Assembly: GCA_963662435.1 (NCBI GenBank)
Contig: OY759598.1
Coordinates: 3,070,507-3,134,506, forward strand
DNA length: 64,000 nt
Reading direction: 5' to 3'
Origin: Dehalococcoidia bacterium
GTDB lineage: Bacteria; Chloroflexota; Dehalococcoidia; Lucifugimonadales; VXLM01
The notes beneath the pieces are model-generated. The model saw only the letters and a program-made list of their open reading frames with translations, was not told the origin of the DNA and did not search any database. The position numbers were made by a program, and so were the translations under genes. Shown here piece after piece: positions 47,652 through 56,334 of this stretch. Numbering within the stretch: position 1 is the stretch's first letter; each line of letters begins with the position of its first letter.

Positions 47652-48666
47652 ACTGTTCAAAAGGGAGGCCCGGAGGCGAGAGGAGTTGCTGTCGGCATAC
47701 GTCGATGGAGAGCTCACCGCCTCCGAGGAGCGCGAGGTCGAGGAACTCCTCGCCTCTTCGGAGGACGCGCGCCGGGAGCTGGCGGAACTGCAGGCGACGG
47801 TCGACCTCGTCGCACAGCTGCCGGAACTGGGACTGCCGCGCTCCTTTGCGCTGGACGCAGCGCCGAAGCCGCGCTGGACGCTGTGGTGGCCGTCCGTACG
47901 AACGACGGGACTGGCAACATCGGTCGCGACGATGCTGTTGGTCGGACTGGTAGCGGGAGACATGCTGAACGTATTGGAACAAGCTCGGTTCGGTGCAGAC
48001 GACGCGGAGTACGCATCCGATGACTCGGCATTCACTGCCGCGGAGTCGGCTTTTGCTCCGGAGTCCGCTGCTGCTGCCATGGATGCTCCCGCCACCCCGG
48101 CGCCCCCAATGGCCCAGGCGGGAAGAGCGGTCATGGACGCGCCTGCTGCCCCGGAGCCGGAGTCCGCGACCACCGAGAGCGACGAGCGACAGAGCGATTC
48201 GTCTGCTGATGCTCCTGTGGCAGCCGCCGCTCAAGCCCTGCCTGCCGCCCCCGCGGCTGCTGTCGCCAAGAGCGTTGGCGAGAACGGGGACTCCGAAGCG
48301 CTCACTCCCGTTGCAGCCCGGATGGTGGCAGCGGAACCAAGCGAGGAACCGGAACCGGCCGAACAGCAGGCCATGGAAGTCGAGGCAACACAGACCACGG
48401 CCACCGACTCCGACGCAATGCAGGAGACCATGGCAGCAGATGTTTCGGAAGAGGACGCGCCGGAACCGAGAGAGGCTCCACAGGCCGGAATGGCCCCGTC
48501 CGCTGAACAGGCAGCGCCGCCTGCGACGGTCGATTTCGCCGAGACCGATGGCGAGGGACTCGAACTGCCACTGGCAGAGCTTCAGATCATCACTGCTCTC
48601 GGAATCGTGTTGCTGACAGGCGCGACGCTCGTTGCCATCCTGAGGCGGAGGCGGTCCGTCCTCTAG
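47644..48666 (+). CDS. Anti-sigma factor-like membrane protein
   Basis: Overlaps the sigma gene; ELLSAYVDGEL zf-HC2-like N-terminus, TM, Ala/Glu/Pro-rich region, C-terminal TM followed by RRRR. Confidence 0.78.
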   Translation: MARLFKREARRREELLSAYVDGELTASEEREVEELLASSEDARRELAELQATVDLVAQLPELGLPRSFALDAAPKPRWTLWWPSVRTTGLATSVATMLLVGLVAGDMLNVLEQARFGADDAEYASDDSAFTAAESAFAPESAAAAMDAPATPAPPMAQAGRAVMDAPAAPEPESATTESDERQSDSSADAPVAAAAQALPAAPAAAVAKSVGENGDSEALTPVAARMVAAEPSEEPEPAEQQAMEVEATQTTATDSDAMQETMAADVSEEDAPEPREAPQAGMAPSAEQAAPPATVDFAETDGEGLELPLAELQIITALGIVLLTGATLVAILRRRRSVL

Positions 48667-48733
48667 CGCGAGGCGGAGTCGCGCCGTTATCGAGACTTCA
48701 GAACGTACAGACAATCCATAGGAGGAAACCAAA

Positions 48734-49651
48734 ATGAGCACTATGAAGAGTATGGCCTTGGCAATCGGGATATTTGGCATCTTGGTATTTGCGGTGGCGT
48801 GCGGAGACGACGATGATGACGAAGGCCACGGCGCACCGGCCGTTGCCAGCGATGCCGCGTCGGCGGTCGGCTCGGCGGTGGACAGTACGTCCGGGACAAC
48901 GGCGGCGCCCGCATCCAGGACTTCCGCCGCAAGCGCGTCCGGGGCTGCCGGTACCGGCCAGACGGCCACGCTGCAGCTTGCGAGCGCTTCGACAGAGGCG
49001 GGCATCTGGGTCACCGGAACGGGATCGCTGAATCTCGCCCCGGATATCACCCTCGTGATGCTGGGCGTGGAAGCGACTTCCCCGTCCGTCACCGAAGCTC
49101 GTAATGAGGCGGCGACCGCAATGGAAGCGGTCGTAACGGCTGTGAAGACCAACGGCCTGTCGGACGAGGACATCCAGACGACTTCGTTCAACATCTGGCC
49201 GCAGTACGACCGCCAGGAGGTCGTGACGAACGGCGTCCGCTCGACCGTTCGCGTCCTTTCCGGCTACACGGTGAGCAACGATGTCGTCATCAAGGTCCGC
49301 GATATCGACGCGGTGGGTACCATCATCGACGACGTGGTGGACGCGGGCGGAGATGCCGCGAGGATCAACGGGATCGACTTCTCCATCGAGGACCCCGGGG
49401 CCTACACGACCGACCTCCGCGAGGACGCCGTGAACGCGGCTATCGAGAACGCGAAGCACTTCGCGACCCTCACGGGCGTCACCTTGGGCAAGCTCGTCTA
49501 CGTCACCGAGATTGGCGACGAGCCCGTGGTGCAGGGAATCGCCGAGAGTAGGGCCTTTGCTCTTCCAGCCGCTGCGGCTCCCCCGACCGGCATCAGCGGC
49601 GGCTCGCTCGACCTCACCCTGACCGTTCGGGCCGGGTTCGCCATAGAGTAG
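48734..49651 (+). CDS. SIMPL (DUF541) domain lipoprotein
   Basis: Lipobox AVAC; I-VTGTG---APD, DIQTTSFNI-PQY, I-F-IED, GV-LG. Confidence 0.9.
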   Translation: MSTMKSMALAIGIFGILVFAVACGDDDDDEGHGAPAVASDAASAVGSAVDSTSGTTAAPASRTSAASASGAAGTGQTATLQLASASTEAGIWVTGTGSLNLAPDITLVMLGVEATSPSVTEARNEAATAMEAVVTAVKTNGLSDEDIQTTSFNIWPQYDRQEVVTNGVRSTVRVLSGYTVSNDVVIKVRDIDAVGTIIDDVVDAGGDAARINGIDFSIEDPGAYTTDLREDAVNAAIENAKHFATLTGVTLGKLVYVTEIGDEPVVQGIAESRAFALPAAAAPPTGISGGSLDLTLTVRAGFAIE

Positions 49652-49685
49652 CAACAACCTGCAGGGGCGGGTTTCAAACCCGCCC

Positions 49686-50459
49686 CTAAACCGAACGCCC
49701 TTCCCTCAGCCGCTCGGACGCCTTCCTCAGCCCGCCGAATCGCAGCCGAATCAAACCCATCATGTCATCGAATGCGGTCTTCACGATCTTCACCCGCGTA
49801 TCGGGGTCGTCCTCCCACTTGACCGGTAGCTCGAATACCCGATAGCCGTTCTTCTCGGCCAGGATCAGCAGCTCCGTATCGAAGAACCAACCGTTGTCAA
49901 CTACAAGAGGAGCAAGGTCACGCGCCGCCTTTCGGCTGATAGCCTTGAATCCGCACTGCGCGTCTCGAAACCTAACGATGAACATCGCCCTTATGATCAG
50001 GTTGTAGCACCGCGACACCACCTCGCGCTTGAGTGTCCGCCCGACGACGGTTGACCCCTTCGCAAGCCGCGAACCAATGGCGAGATCGTACCCCCCTGAT
50101 GCGAGCGACTCGATCAGCGGCGGTATCGCCTCGAGCTCCGTCGAGAGGTCCACGTCCATGTAGCAATGGTAGTCCCGCTCGCTGGCCAGCCACGCCGTGC
50201 GCAGCGCCCTGCCTCGCCCCCGCTCCTCCAGCCGCAGGTACCTCACCTCCTCGTACCTGCCGGAAAGCTCCTCGCACACATCCGGAGTACGGTCCGTCGA
50301 CCCGTTGTCCGCAATCACGATCCGCCAGGCATACGACTGCATCGACGCTCGTAGGAACCCGTGAAGACGCTCGACAGAGCCGGGAAGCGCCCGCTCTTCG
50401 TTCAACACGGGAATGACAAACTCGACGGTTGGGGAGGTGGACATGGTGGCATCGGGCAT
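49686..50459 (-). CDS. Glycosyltransferase family 2 (polyprenol-phosphate glycosyltransferase-like)
   Basis: VIPVLNEE, ADNGSTD, YMDVDLS, DAQCGFKA, WFFDTELL. Confidence 0.92.
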   Translation of the reverse strand: MPDATMSTSPTVEFVIPVLNEERALPGSVERLHGFLRASMQSYAWRIVIADNGSTDRTPDVCEELSGRYEEVRYLRLEERGRGRALRTAWLASERDYHCYMDVDLSTELEAIPPLIESLASGGYDLAIGSRLAKGSTVVGRTLKREVVSRCYNLIIRAMFIVRFRDAQCGFKAISRKAARDLAPLVVDNGWFFDTELLILAEKNGYRVFELPVKWEDDPDTRVKIVKTAFDDMMGLIRLRFGGLRKASERLREGRSV

Positions 50460-50495
50460 TATACCAACTCGTTTCCACAACCCAGAACCCAACAC

Positions 50496-51767
50496 CTAGC
50501 ACCCGGAGACTATCGCCTCCGCCACCCTCTCCGAAACATCCGGAGGCACTGCCTCACACACGTGCTCCCTGAGCCTCTCGAACAGCGCCTCCGCAACGAT
50601 GCGGTACCCGGGCCCTGCCGTATGCACATAGTCGATGTAGACCGGCTCCTCCACAGTTGAGAACACCTCTGCGAGGTTGTGGACATTCGAGGGCAGCATC
50701 CCGCTCATCCTTCGCTCCTCGACGATTGCCGACATTTCCGCGCGAGTCGCCATGATGTGCGTCATGGCGCGTATGTCAAGGTGTTCCGCTAGTATGCCCC
50801 TTTCCGAGACGTGAAGCGGCTTGCTGTCCGTCCACAGGCTGGGCTGCAGGGCGAACATAGCCGTGAACCCGAACTCGTCGCCGAGGGCGGTGACGAGCGC
50901 GTGGTTCGCCAGCCACACGTCCACCGCCTGCCCGCCCAGGAAGCGGAAGTTGGCGTCGAGGAACCTCGGCGTTATGTCGATGTCGGCATCGTCCGTTCGA
51001 GCCCGCGCGGATTGCCTTCGCGCCTCCAGCCTGTCGAGGACGATCCGCGACCCCTTGTAGATGCCCAGCGACCGGACGAGTTCCCGCCGTCGCTCCGATG
51101 GCACCTCGCCGAATTGGAACCGGTCACGAATGCGGTGGAGGCTCACGTGCGACCCCGGTACCTCCGGCCAGTTCGATGCCGCTGCGGCGTCGTTGATGCC
51201 GTCATAGAAGACGACTACGTCGGGACGCCTCCCCGCCTGCAGCTCCCGGTAAAGAAAGACAACCTCCTGAGTCGAGACATACCCCCGCTCCCCCAGGTTC
51301 TTGACCGTCGTGTCGACGCCCCATGCGTTCATCAGCCTCGCGAGGTGGCTGGGGATCGTCTCCTCGTCCGGCGCGCCCTCGCCCCAGGCCGTCGACCCGC
51401 CGAACACCCATACCCTCAGGGCGTCCTCGACCTCGGAGTTGTTCGTCGTCCGCCGGAATCCCCCGAAGTCGATGCTGATGAGGTCGCCGGGATAGTAACG
51501 CCTGTCCCATATCGTGTACGGCTCATACACGATGCGCTCCGTCGCGTGGAACTCCCGGAACAGTTCCGCCACGTCGTACTCGGCCCCGTCATATGCCGCC
51601 GCAAACTGCCGCTCGTCGATCGAGCCGGACGTGCTGTCGAGCGCGGGCGGACTGAAGAACCGCTGATCGATAGCCCATGCCGCACGCCCCAGCAGATCGA
51701 CGGCCACGACCACCAGGACTGTCAGTCCCAGGATGGCGAGTGCGGTCTTCAGTCGTTCCAATTTCAC
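50496..51767 (-). CDS. Membrane-anchored SGNH hydrolase-like protein (paralog of 32058-33320)
   Basis: LKTALA-LGL start; GGST, NLG, DGIND, DYVH. Confidence 0.8.
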   Translation of the reverse strand: MKLERLKTALAILGLTVLVVVAVDLLGRAAWAIDQRFFSPPALDSTSGSIDERQFAAAYDGAEYDVAELFREFHATERIVYEPYTIWDRRYYPGDLISIDFGGFRRTTNNSEVEDALRVWVFGGSTAWGEGAPDEETIPSHLARLMNAWGVDTTVKNLGERGYVSTQEVVFLYRELQAGRRPDVVVFYDGINDAAAASNWPEVPGSHVSLHRIRDRFQFGEVPSERRRELVRSLGIYKGSRIVLDRLEARRQSARARTDDADIDITPRFLDANFRFLGGQAVDVWLANHALVTALGDEFGFTAMFALQPSLWTDSKPLHVSERGILAEHLDIRAMTHIMATRAEMSAIVEERRMSGMLPSNVHNLAEVFSTVEEPVYIDYVHTAGPGYRIVAEALFERLREHVCEAVPPDVSERVAEAIVSGC

Positions 51768-51828
51768 GGTTTCGTTCGGGTTGCGCCAGGTTGATCGACG
51801 GTTAGCGGCTCTCTACGGCAAAATGAGA

Positions 51829-51855
51829 CGGCCACCACATTTAACATGGTGGCCG
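51829..51855 (-). terminator. Hairpin or possible terminator after the lipoprotein array
   Basis: CGGCCACCA-9 nt-TGGTGGCCG, then TCTCATTTT on the minus strand. Confidence 0.4.
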
Positions 51856-51915
51856 CCTCATACGTCTACAGACTACCTTATCGACGAGGTCGCCAAGCCG
51901 TCATCGGATTCACCC

Positions 51916-53052
51916 TTACTGACCCGGCGCCTGCCGTGCGAACTCGATCGCCTCGCGGAGCTGGTAGTCGCTGCTGGCCTTCTGTCCACCCTCAAGCGCC
52001 TCTTTCGTGAGCGCGGTCACCTTGGCAATGTCGCACTGCCCAGGACCGGAATTCGCCGTTCTGGGGTCTTCCCCAACGATGTGGCTCATCAGGTCGCCGC
52101 ACAGCGTCGACTCCACGTGGTTGATGTAACCCTGCTTCGGCGTCATACGACTGCGCGCCTCATCCTCCGCGGCCCAGATACGAATGCGTTCGATGTAAGC
52201 GGCGATCTTCTCCTCGTCCCAGCCGTGCGACCGCGTGTCGTACTCCGCTCTTATCTCCACGACCCCCTGCTCTTTCCCGTCAACCTCCACGAGCCTTCGG
52301 AAAACGGCCAACCGCTCCGTCACGTCCTGCGTGCCCTCGTATTCCCTCGCCGCGTCCGCGTCGAGCGACCGGAGTCTCTCCACAAGCCACTCGGCGTCTC
52401 CGGCGTTCGTCAGCATCTTGCGGAGCTCGAACTCGTCTCCGGCGTCCAGCTTCGGGGCCTGCACGGGGTACGGCTCATCCGGCTGCGCCATGATCGACTC
52501 CCATCCCCTCTCCGAGAACCTTCCGAGCTTGATGTCCATGTACTCGCGCATCAGAGAACCCTCGGGTATAAGCTCGTACGCCTCGGTATAACCGGGTGAG
52601 AGAATGCTCAGCACGAAGGGAGTCGTCCCGTCCGGTGAAGCGCCCTTGCTCGAATCGACGAGATCCCGCACACCTGCGACAGCGACCCCGCGTATTCCGC
52701 CTTGGATCTTCGCCTGCGCGTGCCCTTGAGAGACGATACTCTGCGCGGCCTCGCTCCAGTCGCTGCGTGGGGCAAATCCCGTGATACCGGTCCATGCGCC
52801 ACTCGCCATCTCCTGAAATTTCGGTGTCATCTGTTCAAACAGCCGCGCCGTCTCCGCGTCCATGTAGTCGGCTATATTGGGCGGGTCTGTCGCATTCTCC
52901 GCTTCATCGACCGGATCGACGACGGCTTGCGCCGCGGCGGGCTCCACTTCCTTGCTTGAATCCGTTGCCTGGTCCGCGTTCTGCCCGCACGCCATGGCAA
53001 TCACGAGCACGACAACGATGAAGATAAACCGCATGTTCATTATCCGCTTCAT
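51916..53052 (-). CDS. Uncharacterised lipoprotein A of the tandem array
   Basis: Signal MKRIMNMRFIFIVVVLVIAMA|C; GGAGG RBS; body not recognised. Confidence 0.75.
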   Translation of the reverse strand: MKRIMNMRFIFIVVVLVIAMACGQNADQATDSSKEVEPAAAQAVVDPVDEAENATDPPNIADYMDAETARLFEQMTPKFQEMASGAWTGITGFAPRSDWSEAAQSIVSQGHAQAKIQGGIRGVAVAGVRDLVDSSKGASPDGTTPFVLSILSPGYTEAYELIPEGSLMREYMDIKLGRFSERGWESIMAQPDEPYPVQAPKLDAGDEFELRKMLTNAGDAEWLVERLRSLDADAAREYEGTQDVTERLAVFRRLVEVDGKEQGVVEIRAEYDTRSHGWDEEKIAAYIERIRIWAAEDEARSRMTPKQGYINHVESTLCGDLMSHIVGEDPRTANSGPGQCDIAKVTALTKEALEGGQKASSDYQLREAIEFARQAPGQ

Positions 53053-53058
53053 CTCCAT

Positions 53059-53163
53059 CACCTCCCTGCAGCGCTTGTATCATCGCCCGCTTCCCTGTAA
53101 CCCCAGGTTACGCGGCCTTCCCGTTGCCTGTAATCACACGATCGTGTGATTCTCCAGGCCTTC
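53059..53163 (-). promoter_or_regulatory. Conserved upstream module with a 20-bp palindrome (copy at 54620-54724, partial at 55969-56004)
   Basis: Perfect palindrome AATCACACGATCGTGTGATT at 53132-53151; the 54693-54712 copy has one mismatch; shared TGATACA(A/G)GCGCTGCAGGGAGGTG before the start codon. Confidence 0.7.
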
Positions 53164-53185
53164 CGTGCCGCTTCACGCGCAACCG

Positions 53186-54613
53186 CTACGAATCTGCGGG
53201 GTTGCCAGCCCATATCTTAATCCGATCCTCTAACTCGGCCCCAAGCGCGTCCAGGAATTCATCGTGAGGGGTATTGAAGGACATCACGGGTCCTCCCCCG
53301 CGAGGGTCGAGGACCCACCCGATAATGATGGAATCCGCAATTTCGCGCTCGAGCTGCTGTCGGGACTCATCGGAGAGTGTCGCGTAGCGGGCTGTCCCTT
53401 CCCGCGACAGCAGGGATTCGGCGGTGGGCGCGGTCGTCGTGGGGATGTAGAGGATGCCGCGTTCGAGCTTGGATATCTCGCAGTAGGCCTTTTGGGGCGA
53501 GAAGGGTCCGGACCACTTCCATCGGTCTTCGAAGGCCGCCCGGAGCTTCGAGTCCAGCTCGTTCAGCCGGCCCAATGCCTCGGAAGAGAGCGCGTCCTCG
53601 AACGGGGGAAGGAAGACGGCCGGGCGGTCTCCAAAGCTCTCCGGCATCCTCGCCGCCACCGAATCCGGCCACGTGGAGGGCCCTCCCAGGCATGCGAACG
53701 TCGTTCCCACGTGTGAGAACTTCGGTACCGGCATGCCCCCACGGTTGAAGGTAGTCAAAGCCTCGGGTTCCGAGAGTACCTGGATGTACTCATCCCGCAT
53801 GACCGAGTAGGTGCTCAGGCTTCCCCTTGTGACCAGTTCGTGCGCCACCTGCTTCCAGAGCCAGTCTCGCATCTCGGCTGGAAGCGCGCGGAATTGCGCG
53901 ATGCTCGCATCGGAAAGGCCCAGTTCCGCCAGGGACGGCATCTCCCTGGGTGCCGTCAGCAGACCGCCCTCCACGCGCTTGATCGAATCGTCCACCTCCG
54001 TCAGGCGGGGCTTTGCTTCGGCCCACGCAAGCCTGAATGCCCGCGACAGGGGCGCGTCCATGGAGTCGAGCTTCGCCTGCGCGTCCGCCGAAAGCGTCTC
54101 TTCGATGGGCGGCAGCTTCACCCCGCGATTGTCGACCACGGTGCCCACCATGTGCTTGTACGAGAACTTGACCCCCTTGAAGTCTCGGCTCGCTTGCACG
54201 TTCCTTCGGTAAAGCTCCGGGTACCCCTCCAATAGGAGAAAGCGCTGATCGCTCGGCTGCAAGACGCCGAACCAGCCAAGAGCCGCAGGATCCAGCATCT
54301 CCGAAATCGTAGGTGTCTCGTCAGGGAGGCCGCGTAGATAACCGAGCGCTTTGGCCTTGCCCTCCTCATCGAACTCTTGCCGCAGTGCGTCCTGGAACTC
54401 CGAGGGCAGGCCCTTGAACTTGGCGAGGTCGTCGCCCTCAAGCGTCGCCTCGAACTCCGGCACGGCTGTCGGTTCGGGAGTGGTCTGCGCCTCTGTCGGC
54501 ATCGCGTTGGTCACCGGCGAAGGCTGTATCGGAGGAGAGGACGTCCCGCAGGCCATAGCGACCACGAGCACGGCAACGATGAAGATAAACCGTATGTTCC
54601 TGATCCCTTTCAT
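53186..54613 (-). CDS. Uncharacterised repeat-containing lipoprotein B of the tandem array
   Basis: Signal MKGIRNIRFIFIVAVLVVAMA|C, Pro/Thr stalk, internal helical repeats. Confidence 0.78.
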   Translation of the reverse strand: MKGIRNIRFIFIVAVLVVAMACGTSSPPIQPSPVTNAMPTEAQTTPEPTAVPEFEATLEGDDLAKFKGLPSEFQDALRQEFDEEGKAKALGYLRGLPDETPTISEMLDPAALGWFGVLQPSDQRFLLLEGYPELYRRNVQASRDFKGVKFSYKHMVGTVVDNRGVKLPPIEETLSADAQAKLDSMDAPLSRAFRLAWAEAKPRLTEVDDSIKRVEGGLLTAPREMPSLAELGLSDASIAQFRALPAEMRDWLWKQVAHELVTRGSLSTYSVMRDEYIQVLSEPEALTTFNRGGMPVPKFSHVGTTFACLGGPSTWPDSVAARMPESFGDRPAVFLPPFEDALSSEALGRLNELDSKLRAAFEDRWKWSGPFSPQKAYCEISKLERGILYIPTTTAPTAESLLSREGTARYATLSDESRQQLEREIADSIIIGWVLDPRGGGPVMSFNTPHDEFLDALGAELEDRIKIWAGNPADS

Positions 54614-54759
54614 GTCAATCACCTCCCTGCAGCGCCTGTATCATCGCCTGCTTCCTTGTAACCCCAGTCTACGCCGCCTTCCCGATACCTGTAATCACAC
54701 GGTCGTGTGATTCTCCGGGCCTTCTGGGCCTCCCTAGAGACTCCGGAGGCCCTGAACGT

Positions 54760-55962
54760 TCACGGTGCCTTGCTTTGGTACTCGGGGTTCATTTCCTTAC
54801 GCCGCATTAAGGACGTGAGGATGGGGCCGAACAAATCCTTGATCTCGCCGTCGGTCATGGCAGGGAAGCCTTCACTCCCTACCGTCATTCCACTTGAGTA
54901 GACGACTCCAACCTCTTTCCAGAACTGCTCCCTAAGGTCGGGGTGCAGCCGATCGTACTCCGCCACACCCTCGGCAGAGACCAGGTCCTTGATGTGTGGA
55001 AGCTCGGCAGGGATCGCCATCAGTCTTTTCTTGAGCCTCTTGGCGTGTTTCTCCGTCTGTTCGGCGACGTACCCCTTCGGGTCCGTGAAGGCCAGTGCCT
55101 CGGAAGGGTCCGGGGCACTTATACGCAGTCCTTCCTCCCAGTTCTCCACGAACGGATCTCGGATGCGGGGGTCGAGGGCTCTGAGCTTCGCCGTCTCGTC
55201 GGTGGAAAGGGCGTTCTTCAGAGGCGGCAGCGGCGCCGCGAAGATCGCCGGCGGGTGGAAGTACAGGTCGTTCCATTCCCTGAGGGGGAGCAGTTGCTCT
55301 TCTGCCGCCTCCAGGCCCACCACCTTCACGAGGAACTCGAATGCCGCGCGTCCCTCGGAGTCCAGCCGCGCGTATTGGACGAGGGCTTCTGTCTCGATTA
55401 TCGGCGTTCCTGGAAGCCCTGAGTCGGTCTGCGCAATGTCGGGCGCAAACGCCTCTGCCGGCGTCCTTGCCCCTCCGTGGTCCTGTCCAACCCGCTCACC
55501 TTCCTGGTCTAGCCGGCCGGGCCAGACCGAGAGCCATTCCATCGCCAGATCCTGTTCTATGAGCGCTATGAGCTCGAAGGTATATCGTTCCAACCGCGAG
55601 AGGCTGTCATACCGTTCACGGTCGTCTCCCTCCAATCCCGACGCGAATCGGTCCGACGCCAGCCCCGAAATAACGGCCAGCCACTCCGTCACCATATCCG
55701 TCCCCAGAAACCTCGCCATTTCCTCCATGTCCAGACTATGTTCCTCCGACAGCCATTCATACTGCGCCAACGCCTCTCCTTCTAACGTCGGCTTGAACTC
55801 GAACTCAGGCTCTGCGGGCGGTTCGGGGGTTGGTTGCGCCTCGGCCGAGACCGCGTTAGTCACCGGCGAGGGCTGCACCGGAGGAGAGGACGTCCCACAC
55901 GCCATGGCAATCACGAGCACGACAACGATGAAGATAAACCGTATGTTCCTGATCCCTTTCAT
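54760..55962 (-). CDS. Uncharacterised repeat-containing lipoprotein C of the tandem array
   Basis: Likely start MKGIRNIRFIFIVVVLVIAMA|C at 55962 after GGAGG; the ORF-track extension to 56748 appears spurious. Confidence 0.78.
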   Translation of the reverse strand: MKGIRNIRFIFIVVVLVIAMACGTSSPPVQPSPVTNAVSAEAQPTPEPPAEPEFEFKPTLEGEALAQYEWLSEEHSLDMEEMARFLGTDMVTEWLAVISGLASDRFASGLEGDDRERYDSLSRLERYTFELIALIEQDLAMEWLSVWPGRLDQEGERVGQDHGGARTPAEAFAPDIAQTDSGLPGTPIIETEALVQYARLDSEGRAAFEFLVKVVGLEAAEEQLLPLREWNDLYFHPPAIFAAPLPPLKNALSTDETAKLRALDPRIRDPFVENWEEGLRISAPDPSEALAFTDPKGYVAEQTEKHAKRLKKRLMAIPAELPHIKDLVSAEGVAEYDRLHPDLREQFWKEVGVVYSSGMTVGSEGFPAMTDGEIKDLFGPILTSLMRRKEMNPEYQSKAP

Positions 55963-56334
55963 GTCCATCACCTCCCTGCAGCGCTTGTACCATCGCCCGC
56001 TTCCTGCGTCCAACCGATGCGCCCCTGCCGGACGGGAGTGGGCCTCCCCCACTCCCCGTCCCACGGGGGCCTCAACAGACGCATCGCGGTATATTGAGCA
56101 ACTCCATCTCTCGCCTCCTCTCATCGAGTGATGCACCTTACGATAAGGGGTCGATGTAAAATGGACGTAAGAATTTGCCCCGTTTCCATCAAGAAACTGC
56201 AAAGTGTTGCATAAATTTCCAGGATTCAGGCGCTGAAGATCGATTTTGAGGACTTCCTCATGTGACCGTGTGAAGGTTCGTAGTACAATCCCGACCGTCG
56301 TGTCCAGGTAGAGGCGCATCAGAAAACGAACGGT

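Noticed and set aside
47581..49194. Long antisense ORFs (this one, and 12912-13952, 34610-35815, 39495-40424, 40985-41932, 54989-56131, 58304-59410)
   Set aside because: Shadow frames of real genes in high-GC DNA, with no motifs.
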